The translations under genes were made by a program, and so were the position numbers. From positions 1,798,001 to 1,862,000 of the forward strand of contig OZ287067.1 in the NCBI GenBank assembly GCA_965645245.1: a stretch of DNA of 64,000 nt, given 5' to 3'. The notes below the pieces were generated by a model, which ran no database searches, was not told where the DNA came from, and was given only the letters and a program-made list of their open reading frames with translations. The stretch's first letter is position 1; each line of letters opens with the position of its first letter. Source of the stretch: Massalongia carnosa (taxonomy: Eukaryota). Shown one piece after another: positions 33,598-46,115 of the stretch.

Positions 33598-36500
33598 GTC
33601 GCCCTCGAAGACTCTTGGAAGGTTCCCCGGTTTCAATTTCAGCGTTTTCTCTGTCAGAAGACTCCTTAGATGGTAGACACCTTGTCATATCTATAGTACT
33701 CTCTGTGGGCAATCGCTCCTTCCGCACCCATGCCCTGATTGATTGTGGTGCCTCGGGTTATGCGTTTATTGATGCATCCTTCGCGCAAAGAAACTCCCTG
33801 TCCCTCACCCCTTTAGCTTGCCCTCGTGTTCTTCAGGTAGTGGATGGCCGCCCTATTGCCACTGGCATGCTCACTCATCTTGTCAAACTTCAACTCAGTA
33901 TCGATGCCCATAGCGAATCTGGTTCATTTCTTGTTACTCAATTGGGTCATTACCCCGTTGTTTTGGGAGTCAAATGGCTTCAGATTCATGATCCCTTCGT
34001 CAGCTGGTCCCGAAACACCTTGACCTTTTCGTCTCGTTATTGTGCAGCGGAGTGCTTACAAGGAAAGCGCTCCCCTCTTGTTGTTCCTGGAATTCCAGAT
34101 CCCTCGGAAGAGTTTCTAGTGAAAGAAACTGCTTCTTCTTCGAATAATATTGCCTCGAAATCTAGTGATCCTTCGGAAGAGTCTTTATCAAGAAAGACTG
34201 CTTCTTCTCTGAACCATACTGTTCCTGAATCTGATAGCCAATCTGACGGCCGTCAAACCCCTCGTGAGGACAAGGTCCCTCTCGAGGTTATCGAACCCTT
34301 CGAGCTTGCCCGAGTTGACATGCCTGTTCAGGATGTCAAACGGGAATCAGTCTATTCCTTTGAACCTAAGAATCCCGCTGTTCGTGCTAGTCTTGAACCT
34401 TTGAAGCCCATGCACTCTGTACTGTCCCCTGTTCAGCCTCCAGATCTGAGTATTCACATGATCGGAGCCGCCCCCTTTTCAACCTTGATGAAGAAGCGAG
34501 AAAACGAGATCTTCACAGCCTCCTTGTACGACATTGACGAAGTCATTCGGACCCGTCAAAGTGTCTTCTTGTCCGCCGCGTCCATGAAAGATGTCGAGAA
34601 GACATTGAAACCTAAGATTCATATCGATCCTGCCCCTATCGTTCCTAAAGAATTTCATGACTTACTGGATGTCTTCTCCAAGACAGAGGCAGACAAGCTA
34701 CCTCCACATCGCCCTTACGACCATAAGATTGTGTTAACCGAAGGGGCCGTTCCGCCCTCAGGTCCCTTGTACAAGATGTCAGCACCAGAATTACTAGTTT
34801 TGCAGAAATATCTCAAGGAAAACCTCGCTAAAGGGTTTATTCGTGCGAGTTCGTCTCCAGCCTCCTCGCCGGTGTTGTTTGCTCGTAAACCTTCAGGAGG
34901 GCTTCGCCTCTGTGTTGATTATCGAGCCCTGAATGCGATCACTGTTAAAAATCGCTATCCCTTGCCCCTGATTCAGGAAACTCTAGACCGACTGGCGAAG
35001 GCCGTCATCTTTTCCAAATTCGACATTGTAGCGGCCTTTAACAAGCTTCGCATGCAAAAAGGACAAGAATGGATGACGGCATTCAAAACTCGATATGGAT
35101 TGTACGAGTACGAAGTAATGCCTTTTGGACTTTGCGGGGGCCCAGGCTCCTTTCAGCATTATATCAACGATATTCTTCGGGAATTTCTGGACGTCTTCTG
35201 CACCGCGTACATCGATGACATTCTGATATACAGCCGATCAGTGAAGGAACATAAGGTTCATGTCAGGAAAGTCTTGGAGGCCCTTCGAGAAGCAGGACTA
35301 CAACTGGATATTGAGAAATGCGAGTTCTTCGTCACCGAGACCACGTACCTAGGCCTAATCATTTCGGATAAAGGTATTCGAATGGACCCTCAGAAAGTCG
35401 CAGCAATTAAGGAATGGCTTTCACCAAAGAACGTTCGAGATATACAAGCTTTTGTGGGTTTTGCGAACTTCTACCGCCGTTTTGTTCGAGGGTTTTCCGA
35501 AATCGCCTCGCCCCTGATCAAGTTAACCAAAAAGAATATAGTCTTTGCCTGGGATGAAAAATGCGAGAAGGCCTTTCAAGCCTTGAAGGACGCCTTTCTT
35601 AGCGATACAGTATTAATGCATTTCGATCCTGAAAAGAAAATAGTAGTGGAAGTCGACGCTTCGGACTGGGTAGTAGGAGGAGTACTCTCGCAATATGACG
35701 ACGAGGGAACGCTTAGGCCGGTGGCCTTCTTCTCCAAAAAACACTCACCAGCGGAGATTAACTACGAAATCTATGACAAGGAACTCATGGCCATTGTTCG
35801 TGCTTTTGAAGAATGGAGAGCCGAGCTTGAAGGAGCTGCTTTTCCCATACAAGTAATTTCTGATCATAAGAACTTAGAGTACTTCATGACAACCAAGCAG
35901 TTGAGTCGTCGCCAGGCCCGTTGGTCGGAATATCTTTCTCGTTTCGACTTCAAGATAGTGTATCGTCCAGGCAAGAGCGGAGGAAAACCTGATGCATTGA
36001 CCAGAAGGTCTCAAGACCTACCTGAAGGGGAGGATGATCCACGATTGAAAGTTCAGCATCAAGTGGTCTTGAAACCTCGAAATTTAGAACTTCTGAGCAA
36101 TGATTTAAACATTCCTAGCCAAGCGGACGATCGTCAAACCGAGCGAGAAGAAGTCGAAAAGACTCTGGAAGAACTCTGGAAAGAGGGTCTGGAGAATGAT
36201 CCTTTTCCGAGCAAGATTCTCGAACTCCTGCGGAATAAGGTCAGTCATTCTAAGGAAATCTCTTTGGCAGAATGCAAAGAAATTCAGGGACGACTACACT
36301 ATCGAGAAAAGATATATGTTCCAGACTCGCATGCACTGAGAATGAGACTTTGCAGAGAAATGCACGACAGTCCCGTAGCCGGACATCCAGGAAGAGCAAA
36401 AACCTTCGATCTAGTTCAGCGACATTACTATTGGCCTCAGTTCTATCAGTTCATAGCGAAGTATGTGAAACATTGTCAGGTGTGCTCTCGAAGCAAGTCT

Positions 36501-37619
36501 TCTCGTCAAGGAAAGATGGGAGTGCTTCGACCATTACCCGTACCTGAGCAACGCTGGCAGGACATCTCCATGGACTTTGTTACTGGTCTCCCTGTTAGTC
36601 AAGGATTCGACGCTGTACTAGTTGTTGTGGATCGTCTGTCAAAGCGACGTCACTTCCTGCCTTGTCATACTAATCTAGACGTTGAGGGCCTCGCGAGGCT
36701 GTTTCTAAAGGATATTTGGAGGCTACATGGATTGCCTCAGACCATTGTATCCGATCGTGGAGTGCTTTTCGTCGCAGAATTTTGGAAAATCTTATGTCAA
36801 CGTCTGGGAATAAAGAGTCTCTTGTCCACTGCATTTCACCCCGAAACCGACGGGCAGACTGAAAGAGTAAATTCTTCAATGGAGCAGTACATCCGTATAT
36901 ATACCGACTACTTGCAGGACGACTGGGTAGACTGGTTACCGCTGGCAGAATTCACGGGAAACAACATGACCTCGGAAACCACTGGGTGTAGCCCCTTCTT
37001 CGCGGAGACGGGATTTCATCCTCGAATGGGATTTGAATCAATAGAACCTTCCCGGTCGCCCGCCAGTCTGAATGCAGAAGGTTTTGCCAACAAGATGCAG
37101 CAAATCAATGACGTACTGCAGGAAGAGATGAAGTTTGCTCAGGCAAGGTACGAGTTCGATGCTAATAGACACAGAGTCCCTGCCCCGGTTTATCAAGTAG
37201 GAGATAGGATATGGCTAAATGCTAAGAACATACGCACTCAGAGACCTGCCCGAAAGTTCGATTGGAAGAATCTGGGTCCATTTGTTATCTCCAAGGTCGT
37301 CAGCAAATACGCATACCAGCTGGCCCTGCCACCAGGCATGAAGATCCATCCAGTGTTCCATGTCTCGCTCTTGACTCCTGTGCCACAAGATCCTCACCCT
37401 GGTCATATCGCTCCCCCTCCACCACCCGTGCTAGTTGATGAAACTGAAGAATACGAAGTCGAAGAGATTTTAGACTCGAAGAAGATACGCAATCGTCTGA
37501 AGTATCTGGTCCAGTGGATAGGCTGGAACGACCCTACCTGGGAGTACGCGGAGTACGTCACCAACGCTCTCGAACGAGTACAGGAATTCCATAAACGCTA
37601 CCCTGACAAGCCTCGCTGA
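33573..37619 (+). CDS. pol: Gypsy-C Pol (PR-RT-RH-IN-chromodomain), -1 frame relative to gag
   Basis: LIDCGASG; LRLCVDYR, YIDD; EVDASD; HDSP..GHPG..CQVC, SDRG; EYEVEEILD..YLVQWIGW. The frame is open from 33573. Confidence 0.94.
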   Translation, partial: GKCGVFGISRPRRLLEGSPVSISAFSLSEDSLDGRHLVISIVLSVGNRSFRTHALIDCGASGYAFIDASFAQRNSLSLTPLACPRVLQVVDGRPIATGMLTHLVKLQLSIDAHSESGSFLVTQLGHYPVVLGVKWLQIHDPFVSWSRNTLTFSSRYCAAECLQGKRSPLVVPGIPDPSEEFLVKETASSSNNIASKSSDPSEESLSRKTASSLNHTVPESDSQSDGRQTPREDKVPLEVIEPFELARVDMPVQDVKRESVYSFEPKNPAVRASLEPLKPMHSVLSPVQPPDLSIHMIGAAPFSTLMKKRENEIFTASLYDIDEVIRTRQSVFLSAASMKDVEKTLKPKIHIDPAPIVPKEFHDLLDVFSKTEADKLPPHRPYDHKIVLTEGAVPPSGPLYKMSAPELLVLQKYLKENLAKGFIRASSSPASSPVLFARKPSGGLRLCVDYRALNAITVKNRYPLPLIQETLDRLAKAVIFSKFDIVAAFNKLRMQKGQEWMTAFKTRYGLYEYEVMPFGLCGGPGSFQHYINDILREFLDVFCTAYIDDILIYSRSVKEHKVHVRKVLEALREAGLQLDIEKCEFFVTETTYLGLIISDKGIRMDPQKVAAIKEWLSPKNVRDIQAFVGFANFYRRFVRGFSEIASPLIKLTKKNIVFAWDEKCEKAFQALKDAFLSDTVLMHFDPEKKIVVEVDASDWVVGGVLSQYDDEGTLRPVAFFSKKHSPAEINYEIYDKELMAIVRAFEEWRAELEGAAFPIQVISDHKNLEYFMTTKQLSRRQARWSEYLSRFDFKIVYRPGKSGGKPDALTRRSQDLPEGEDDPRLKVQHQVVLKPRNLELLSNDLNIPSQADDRQTEREEVEKTLEELWKEGLENDPFPSKILELLRNKVSHSKEISLAECKEIQGRLHYREKIYVPDSHALRMRLCREMHDSPVAGHPGRAKTFDLVQRHYYWPQFYQFIAKYVKHCQVCSRSKSSRQGKMGVLRPLPVPEQRWQDISMDFVTGLPVSQGFDAVLVVVDRLSKRRHFLPCHTNLDVEGLARLFLKDIWRLHGLPQTIVSDRGVLFVAEFWKILCQRLGIKSLLSTAFHPETDGQTERVNSSMEQYIRIYTDYLQDDWVDWLPLAEFTGNNMTSETTGCSPFFAETGFHPRMGFESIEPSRSPASLNAEGFANKMQQINDVLQEEMKFAQARYEFDANRHRVPAPVYQVGDRIWLNAKNIRTQRPARKFDWKNLGPFVISKVVSKYAYQLALPPGMKIHPVFHVSLLTPVPQDPHPGHIAPPPPPVLVDETEEYEVEEILDSKKIRNRLKYLVQWIGWNDPTWEYAEYVTNALERVQEFHKRYPDKPR

Positions 37620-38640
37620 TTCACACCGACTAGGCACTATAAGCCTGCGTGGTCTCAGGCCTCGAAGGGGGGAGCTACTGTCATGGTGTGAACATGAGAC
37701 GTGGAGGTTCATTGAACAGACGGCTGCCCTAGATGGACTTTAAGGTTTAGCGCCGGCGGATGATCGTTGTGGTTAGACTGCGAGCTTACCGAGTTGGGTT
37801 TAGTGTCCCTTTTCAGGAGTTAAAGGAAATCTCTGCTAGCTGTTACTGTTTTCCTCCTTGTGTTCGTTTCGTCAGATTATCATGTAGTATAGTCGATAGC
37901 GTAAAACTGTTCCACCACATGGATAGGATCATTGGACTCCTACCGTGACAATATTCCAAACACGATTGCATTCGATAACTTTGCACAATTATGTTGTAAA
38001 TTTAACATTTTGTTTTTTTTTTTTATTTATTCATTAAGTGTATTCAACCTAAGGTTATGACACTAAACTATTTTAAGATATGGTTTTATTTTACAAATAA
38101 ATCAACCCTTTATAACCCAACTATCTATCGTCAATATTGCCCCGTTTTTACTCCGTGTTAGTAACAACCTCTAGTAATCGAAATATCGATTTTACAATTT
38201 GTTTTTGTAAAGCTCGTAAATATTGTCACGATTCCACCTTTCACCTTTAGGAGCTAAACCTAATCGAGCACCTACGGGTCGGATAACGAGATTCACGAGA
38301 TAGCGCGGAAAACTCTTTCGCGACCGTACTGCATGAGGGCAAGGGAACGCGTTGGTATATAGGGACGGGTCAGACCTTTCGAGTCTTTCTTTTCTCTTCA
38401 TCTTTATTGTTTTCGTTCATGGCGTCCCTATGACTAGCCTCTAGGAAGACCGTAACATTACAATAAAGATCAAACTTCAAACTGTTATCCTATGTGAAGG
38501 ATATAAAAGAATTCACCTGACAAACACGGAGACACCAGATATTGATACCGACACCGAGAATTAAACATCGTAGAGACGAGACGACCACTGACACTGAACC
38601 CAAGATACCAGACACCGATAACCAGATACCAGCTTATAAC

Positions 38641-39897
38641 ATGGCACGATCAACCGGGACCGAGGTCCCAGGACACCGGGACTCGATAATCCCCGAGACT
38701 AGAGAAACAGAGGACGAACTAGAGGTAACGGAGCCTCTGATGATTATAAACCTCCGACAATTGAAGGCATGGATAGAGCACGACCCTCAGGCCGTGTCCG
38801 ACATGCTTCAAAACCTGAAGGGAGCATACAACGACTCCGTTGAACGAGGTAACCGAGCTATTGATATGGCTGAGGGATTCCAAACCAGAATGAACCAGTT
38901 GGAGGGCATGATGTCCTACCAGAAAGAAGAAATAAGAGAATTACAAGGACGGGCCCCCGTGGCCAGCACTGAATTGAGCCGAGAACAGACGCGAGAGCCG
39001 TCTCGCCTACGAACCCCATCCCCTTCCCGTAGCAGCCGTCGCAGCGACAGCGGTAGGAAGAGGTCGATGAAACTGCCTGACCCGCCTATCTTCACCGACG
39101 GAAAGGAAATCTCCATAGACCATTGGCTGACAAAGATGCGGAGTAAACTAGCAGCCAATGATGACCACATGCCGTCGGAACTGCTCAAGAAGGCATACGT
39201 GGAGAACCGGGTAGGAGGAGAAGCAATGGGACACCTAGAACCCCGACTTCGAAAAGGCGCGATGAAGCCCTTTCTGACGGCCGAGGAAATGTTTGACCAA
39301 TTGGAACGCACATACGGCGACCCCAATCGAAAACAAACTGCGATGAACGACTTTCGGTATCTTCGGCAAGGAAGCAAGGATTTCAACACCTTTTGGGCTG
39401 AGTTTCAGCGTCTGGCAGCTGAGCTGGACCATAACGAGGCTACACTAATTAGCGAGTTGAAGCACAAGCTTTCTTGGGGAATGAATCGGCAATTGGCCAC
39501 TGGCGCCGAGGCACCGACCGACCTGTATGAGTTCGCGCATAAGTGTCAGCGCTTGTATCAGGACCTCAAGGACTTGGACCGAAGCAAGGCCAATATGGAC
39601 CGTTATGCGGAAAGTAAAAGGCCCAGCACCACTGCCTCGAGTTCTAGCGCCCCGACCACGACGACCATAACCTCCACCACCGAGACCTATGTCCCTCCCC
39701 GTCACGCCATCACGGCCTCGACCCCCAGGCCCTCTTCCTACATGACGGATGAAGAAAAGGAACGATTGACCAGGGAAGGTCGTTGTTTCTTTTGCAAGGA
39801 GCATGGACATTTGTCCAGAGATTGTGAGCTGAAGAGGAAGAGTCGGCCAGCGAAAGTGCAGAAAATCGCTGAAATTGCTGACTCGGGAAAAGAGTGA
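38641..39897 (+). CDS. gag: Gypsy-D Gag
   Basis: ATG at 38641 (MARS, as in Gypsy-B), KLPDPPIF, LRQG, CFFCKEHGHLSRDC. Confidence 0.9.
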   Translation: MARSTGTEVPGHRDSIIPETRETEDELEVTEPLMIINLRQLKAWIEHDPQAVSDMLQNLKGAYNDSVERGNRAIDMAEGFQTRMNQLEGMMSYQKEEIRELQGRAPVASTELSREQTREPSRLRTPSPSRSSRRSDSGRKRSMKLPDPPIFTDGKEISIDHWLTKMRSKLAANDDHMPSELLKKAYVENRVGGEAMGHLEPRLRKGAMKPFLTAEEMFDQLERTYGDPNRKQTAMNDFRYLRQGSKDFNTFWAEFQRLAAELDHNEATLISELKHKLSWGMNRQLATGAEAPTDLYEFAHKCQRLYQDLKDLDRSKANMDRYAESKRPSTTASSSSAPTTTTITSTTETYVPPRHAITASTPRPSSYMTDEEKERLTREGRCFFCKEHGHLSRDCELKRKSRPAKVQKIAEIADSGKE

Positions 39898-42800
39898 CCT
39901 CCATCAAAGACGCAGATGGAGGTGAACCAGTGTTGATTTCGTCGAGCTGTTTACCTGGTGATTTGTTCACCGATGAACCCCTGGTCATACAATGTAGACT
40001 GGGCAATAGCGAAGAAATAAAAGTGATGGGTCTATTGGACACCGGTGCCACTGGGCATGCTTTTATTGATGAATCAACAGCGCGTGAAGTTTGTGAAAAG
40101 CTTCAGATCTCCCCTCAAAAACTGACAAGACCGAAACCAGTCAAAGGTTTCGACGGTAAACGAGGTAAAGACATTACGCATGCCATTTACCCTACCCTGA
40201 CCGTACAAAATCATAAGGAAACAATAGCCCCTATTCTAATCACGCAGCTGGGGCAACACAAGATGATATTGGGAAAACCATGGATGAGAAAGCATGGAGT
40301 GATTATTGACATGGCCACAGACAAGATAACTTTCTGGCCTGGTTATTGTTCTCATCCTGGAGCTCCTCAGCTGCCCAAGGAGGAAAAGATGATGAGGGAG
40401 TCCGAAGGGGCTAGAACGATCATGAAAATACTGAAACGACCCGAAGAGGCAAGAACGGACACGAAGGAATCAGAGCGGACTAGTCCAGATCAGCTCAGTT
40501 CGTCAGATTTGTTAGCTAACAAAGCTGACGTAGGGCTATCAGGAAGACCAGCAGACTCTGGAATCGAGGATAAGCCGACTCCCGAAGATGAGCCGATAGA
40601 AATGGCGATGATAGGGGCTGCCGCGTACCGACTGCTCTCCAAACAAAAGAATGTCGAGTTATTCGCCATCTCTTTGAAAGACATCGAGTACCAATTGAAT
40701 AAGGAAGACCAGCCACCCACTGACCCGAAGACGGTAGTTCCCTCAGAGTACCACGAATTCCTAGATGTCTTTTCCAAGACAGCATCTGACACTCTGGCAC
40801 CTCATCGAACGTATGATCATAGGATTATTCTGGAAGGAGACAAAGATCACGGACATAGTCCGCTTCGGAGCATGTCACAGAAAGAACTGGAGTTCGTCAA
40901 GAAATACCTCGAGGACAACCTTCGAAAAGGATTCATCGAGGCCAGTCACGCAGCGTGTGCTTCCCCTATTCTGTTGGCCAAAAAGCCGAACGGAGGCCTG
41001 CGTTTCTGTGTCGATTATCGAAGGCTGAATCAACTGTCAAAAAAAGACCGCTATCCCATACCTCTGATAGAAGAAACTCTGGCACAGCTGAAGGAAGCTA
41101 AGGTCTTTTCGAAGATTGATATTCGGCAAGCATTTCACAAGCTCAGAATGGCCATAGAGTCTGAAGACCTGACGACGTTCAACTCTCGTTTTGGTGCCTA
41201 TAAATATAAGGTACTCCCATTCGGACTCTCTGGCGGACCAGCTTCCTGGCAACACTACATCAACGATGTGTTATTCGACTATTTGGACAAGCTTACCTGG
41301 ACGATATCCTGATTTATAGCAAGAACCTGAAGGATCATCGGGAGCACGTCCGATTCGTTCTGATCAAACTTCGGGAAGCGGGACTACAAGCAGACGTGGA
41401 CAAATGCGAATTCCATGTGACGGAAACCAAGTACTTGGGACTGATCATTAGCGTCGATGGCATTCGCATGGATCCAGCTAAAGTCAAGGCCATCCAGCAA
41501 TGGGAAATCCCAACTTGTCTACGTGAGGTCCGTTCGTTCATTGGCTTTTGCAACTTCTATCGACGATTCATCAGAGGCTTCTCGAAAATCGCCAAACCCC
41601 TGAACGCACTGACGAAGAAAGAACGAATCTTTGAATGGACCTTAGCATGTGAAAAAGCTTTTCGGACCCTGCAGAAACAAATAGGCGAAGCCCCAATTCT
41701 GATACACTTCGACCGAGACAAGCAGTGTTACTTGGAAACCGACTCTTCTGACCACGTCAATGGTGGCGTGCTTTCCCAAATGGGGGATGACGGAGAACTT
41801 CACCCGGTAGCGTTCTTCTCCAAGAATATGAGCCCTGCGGAATGCAACTACGAAATCTACGACAAGGAACTGCTGGCAATCATCCGCTGCTTTGAACAAT
41901 GGAAACCGGAACTGGAAGGCACTGATCTACCAGTGAAGATCTTCACTGATCACCGAAGTCTAGAGTATTTCATGTCCACCAAAAAGCTGACCAGAAGACA
42001 GGCTCGCTGGGCGGAGTTCCTCTCGGAGTTCAATTTCGTCATCACCTATCGCCCGGGCAAGAAAAACGAAAAAGCAGACGCTCTGACCCGAAGGCCAAAC
42101 GATAAACCTCAGAACGAGGAAGACGAACGACAACAGCATCAGCTCCAAACGCTGCTGCCCTCGGAAAGACTAGAACTGCAACCCATCGAAGAAGCAACGG
42201 AATCAGATGAAACTCCTGCCCTTGACGACACTGACACTACCACCGATCCCGATCCACAGCCTTTGGACGAAAAGGTAAAACAGGAAAACCTCGAAGATGA
42301 ACTCTGTACGAAGATCAGAAAAGCGCTGACAGACGACGATACTCCCGCGGACAACACCTTGCCAGACACAAAGAATTGTACGGTGAAAGATGGACTGCTA
42401 TATAAGCGAAAACGCTTATGGGTCCCGGACAACAAGGAAACAATTCTCGAAGTCGTACGGCAAATTCATGACCAGATAGCGGTTGGGCACCCCGGAATAG
42501 CAAGGACTATTCAGACGATCTCTCGAAATTACTACTGGCCGAATATGGGCAAAGATGTTCGCCGCTATGTTCGCAGCTGTCACGTTTGCAGACGGGCAAA
42601 AGCACCAAGGGATAAATACAACGGGCTACTGAAACCCTTGCCCATACCTGACAAGCTATGGTCAGACATCACCCTCGACTATGTGACCGGGCTCGCCAAA
42701 AGCAAGGAGCAGTACGACGCCATTCTGATGGTTGTGGACCGGATGTCCAAGGAAAGACACTACATTCCATGCACATGTAGTGACGAAGGAACAATTGCCG

Positions 42801-43747
42801 AGGCTACAGCGAAGCTGCTCATCGACAACGTCTGGCGTTATCACGGACTCCCGAACAGCATATTATCCGATCGGGGCCCCCAGTTCGTGTCAGCGGTATG
42901 GAAGGCATGGTGCAAAATTCTGGGAATCACGGCGAAACTGTCCACCGCTTATCATCCCGAAACAGACGGACAAAGCGAAATAGCGAACCAAGAAATGGAA
43001 CGTCACCTCCGGAGTTTCACCAACTATAATCAGGATGACTGGGCGGACCTTCTCCCGATGGCCGAGTTCGCTGCCAACAGCGCACCGTCGGCCACAACTG
43101 GGCTTTCACCATTCATGGCCACAAAAGGATATGAACCGAGGATGAGTTTCGATCCAGCAGAGCTTTCCGCTTCTTCCACCAGAGAAAGGTTGGCCAACGC
43201 CCAAGCTAGGGCCATCACAGACGACATGCAGAAAGTCTGGAACTTCGTCAAGCAAAGCATGGAGCGAGCCCAGGAAAGGCAAAGAACAGCGGCTGATCGA
43301 CACCGGACGGAAGTATCTTACGAGTTAGGAGACATGGTGTGGTTGTCAACCAAAAACATCAAGACTGAGCGGGCTTGCAAGAAACTGGACCACAAGATGA
43401 TAGGTCCCTATCGAGTCATGAAATTGGTAGGATCATCATGTCAGCTAGAACTTCCACCCTCGATGAAAATACACGACGTATTCCACACCAGCTTGCTCCG
43501 AAAAGCTGCAGACGACCCCCTTCCTGGTCAGATAAACGAACCACCCCCACCGGTAGTAGTCGAAGGTAACGACGAATGGGAACTGGACGACATATTAGAC
43601 GCACGAAAGCGATATCGAAAGATCCAGTTCAAGGTCAAGTGGAAAGGAATTGACGAAGACCTGACGTGGTATGATGCTGACGGCTTCGAAAATGCAGAAG
43701 AACTGGTGAAGGACTTTTATCGACGACACCCTAACAAACCACGTTAA
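39885..43747 (+). pseudogene. pol: Gypsy-D Pol with one frameshifting deletion in RT
   Basis: LLDTGATG, LRFCVDYR. About 10 nt are missing at ~41290 just before YLDD relative to Gypsy-G. RH, IN and chromodomain are intact in 41396-43747. Confidence 0.92.
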
Positions 43748-44530
43748 ACCGCATTTATAACTCAATCTATCACGTGATGAAACGAACGGAGGTAAAGCGG
43801 ACTTTATCGCGGTCAGGTGACTCGCGATCTAAAGCGGAGGGTAGTGTCACGATTCCACCTTTCACCTTTAGGAGCTAAACCTAATCGAGCACCTACGGGT
43901 CGGATAACGAGATTCACGAGATAGCGCGGAAAACTCTTTCGCGACCGTACTGCATGAGGGCAAGGGAACGCGTTGGTATATAGGGACGGGTCAGACCTTT
44001 CGAGTCTTTCTTTTCTCTTCATCTTTATTGTTTTCGTTCATGGCGTCCCTATGACTAGCCTCTAGGTAGACCGTAACAAATATTCCAGCATAAATCATTT
44101 CTAATTTTACTGTTCGATCTCTCCCCAACCTCCCGTTTCGATATTTTCGTCATCGAGCTGACCTAGCATCCATTTTCTAGTCGCGATTTTGTTATCAACA
44201 ATAAATTTAATCAAAAGATTATTTCCGATCCTAGTATTAAACAACATTTTTAAAGTAATTGTGGTATCGATATTTTGTTTCATGTTTAGGATTTCTGTTG
44301 AATGTTCAACTTCTACCAGCATTGCCTAGCCGATAGATTAGATAATATCAGATCTAATCTAAGCGCATAGAGGCTCGGATAAACTATTATCATCTCGCTT
44401 AGCAGAGGTGACCAAGATAAAGGAACAGATTGCTCTGCACTCCGTAGCAACTCTGCATCCTTAACATCATGGTCATACAGGCCCCTATCTTTACATAGTC
44501 ATATAGCCATAGTCATAGACCTATTCAACA

Positions 44531-44542
44531 GGTTATGAGCCC
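44531..44542 (+). promoter_or_regulatory. Copia-2 primer-binding site (internal initiator-tRNA fragment type)
   Basis: GGTTATGAGCCC immediately after the 5' LTR, resembling the copia/Ty5-type half-tRNAiMet site. Confidence 0.7.
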
Positions 44543-44968
44543 GGAAGGGCGCTATCGATCATACAGGAATCGAAGCAATTCTTATCCGCAGCATCACGAT
44601 GCAAAATCATTAGCTGAGCATCATTATCCTTTCTCGAAAAGAACTAGATGGACAATGCAAAGACTAAATCTCTACTTGTTTACAGACCTGAATCAGGCGG
44701 GATTCGCACCCGCAAGTCTAGCTGGTTGAACAGCTTCGTGAAAGCACATCATGACAACCTCTCAATCAGATAGAGACGTTTAACAACAACGCCACCTGAT
44801 CCAGCGTTCCCTACCTACAAAGGGTTATCAGAAAGAGCATGGAAATCATCTACATTATAAGCAGAGAGGCTCTTTGCCAGACTACAAGCATCAGAAGACA
44901 TTCTCTTCATATCAGACCATCAGAATGCTCTCATGCCCGAATATCTGAGAGGCACTCCGGAGGATGAC

Positions 44969-45675
44969 GTTGACCCAGAGGCAGACTCCAGTGGACCAAT
45001 TCCATTGTTTGACCTCTGCTGCATCACCATCCATTTGACTTTTGACCCAGAGGCAGACTCCAGTGGACTAGCTCCAAGGTTTGACCTCTGCTGCATCATC
45101 ACTCATTTGACATTGACCCAGAGACAGACTCCAGTGGACCAGTTCCAATGAGTGACCTCTGCTGCATCATTATTCATTTGACTTTGACCCAGAGACAGAA
45201 CTCCAGTGGACCAGTTCCAATGAGTGACCTCTGCTGCATCATCATTCATTTGACTTTGACCCAGAGACAGAACTCCAGTGGACCAGTTCCAACGATTGAC
45301 CTCTGCTGCATCATCATTCATTTGACTTTGACCCAGGAACAGACCTTTTCACTGAGTTTTGTTCAAAAACCGCGCAGCGCGGCCTTGACCACTCATGAAA
45401 CTCTGATTTCTGCTGAATCATCAATTGACTGACGTTGACCCAAGGGCAGACTTCATTCTGACTTTTGCTGCATCACCACTCAACTTACTTTGACCCAGAG
45501 ACCGACCATCTAAACTATCTTTCAGGGTCCGATTTCTGCTGAATCATCAAATGACTGACGTTGACCCAAGGGCAGACTTCATTCTGACTTTTGCTGCATC
45601 ACCACTCAACATACTTTGATCCAGAGACAGACTTCGGAAATTCAGTTCCAAGGTTTGATCCTTGCTGCATCATTC
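44969..45675 (+). repeat. 71-72-bp tandem repeat (5 well-conserved units) followed by degenerate units including a ~125-bp duplication
   Basis: TGACCCAG anchors at 44971, 45043, 45114, 45185, 45257 and 45329. Duplicated block at about 45406 and 45531. Confidence 0.92.
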
Positions 45676-46115
45676 ATCAACAGACTTTCTGACTAGTCTA
45701 CGCGTATACAGATGGAGTAATCAGACTTCAATTAAGCAGAACGCCTCAATCGGGAAATTCGGAATCCGGAAAAAACCTTATTCCATTTAACAGGCCCGGC
45801 CTATTAAATGGAACGGTCGGACCGTGGTTCCGACAGCCTATCTCCACACCACCAAGTGAAAGTTTCACCATCTGAAGAGAGTTCTTTCATGCGGGTACAA
45901 GCGTTGTGGCAAAGAAAGGAACATCACAGTTTGATGACAAAGGAAAGGAAATGTTTTGTCTATAACTAGATTACATATTCCCAATCTCCTCCATTCATTC
46001 CAGTGCACATCCTACTCCTGCACCAATCTCAGAAACTTAGATACCTTTCAATCTACAGAAGTTTACTAGAGACCTCTTCTTCATCTTCATCTGACTCTCT
46101 TCATCTGACTTCATC

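Larger units (their letters stand above)
32046..37950 (+). mobile_element. Ty3/Gypsy chromovirus Gypsy-C, intact
   Basis: 272-bp LTRs at 32046-32317 and 37679-37950 with one mismatch seen; TSD ATATT; PPT GAAGGGGGGAG. Confidence 0.96.
38224..44078 (+). mobile_element. Ty3/Gypsy chromovirus Gypsy-D
   Basis: 234-bp LTRs at 38224-38457 and 43845-44078 with one mismatch seen; TSD AATAT; PPT AAAGCGGAGGGTAG. Confidence 0.96.

Noticed and set aside
44969..45400. Regularly spaced 71-72-bp repeats as a possible CRISPR array
   Set aside because: Whole units are similar, with no unique spacers and no cas genes. The context is a eukaryotic retrotransposon leader.
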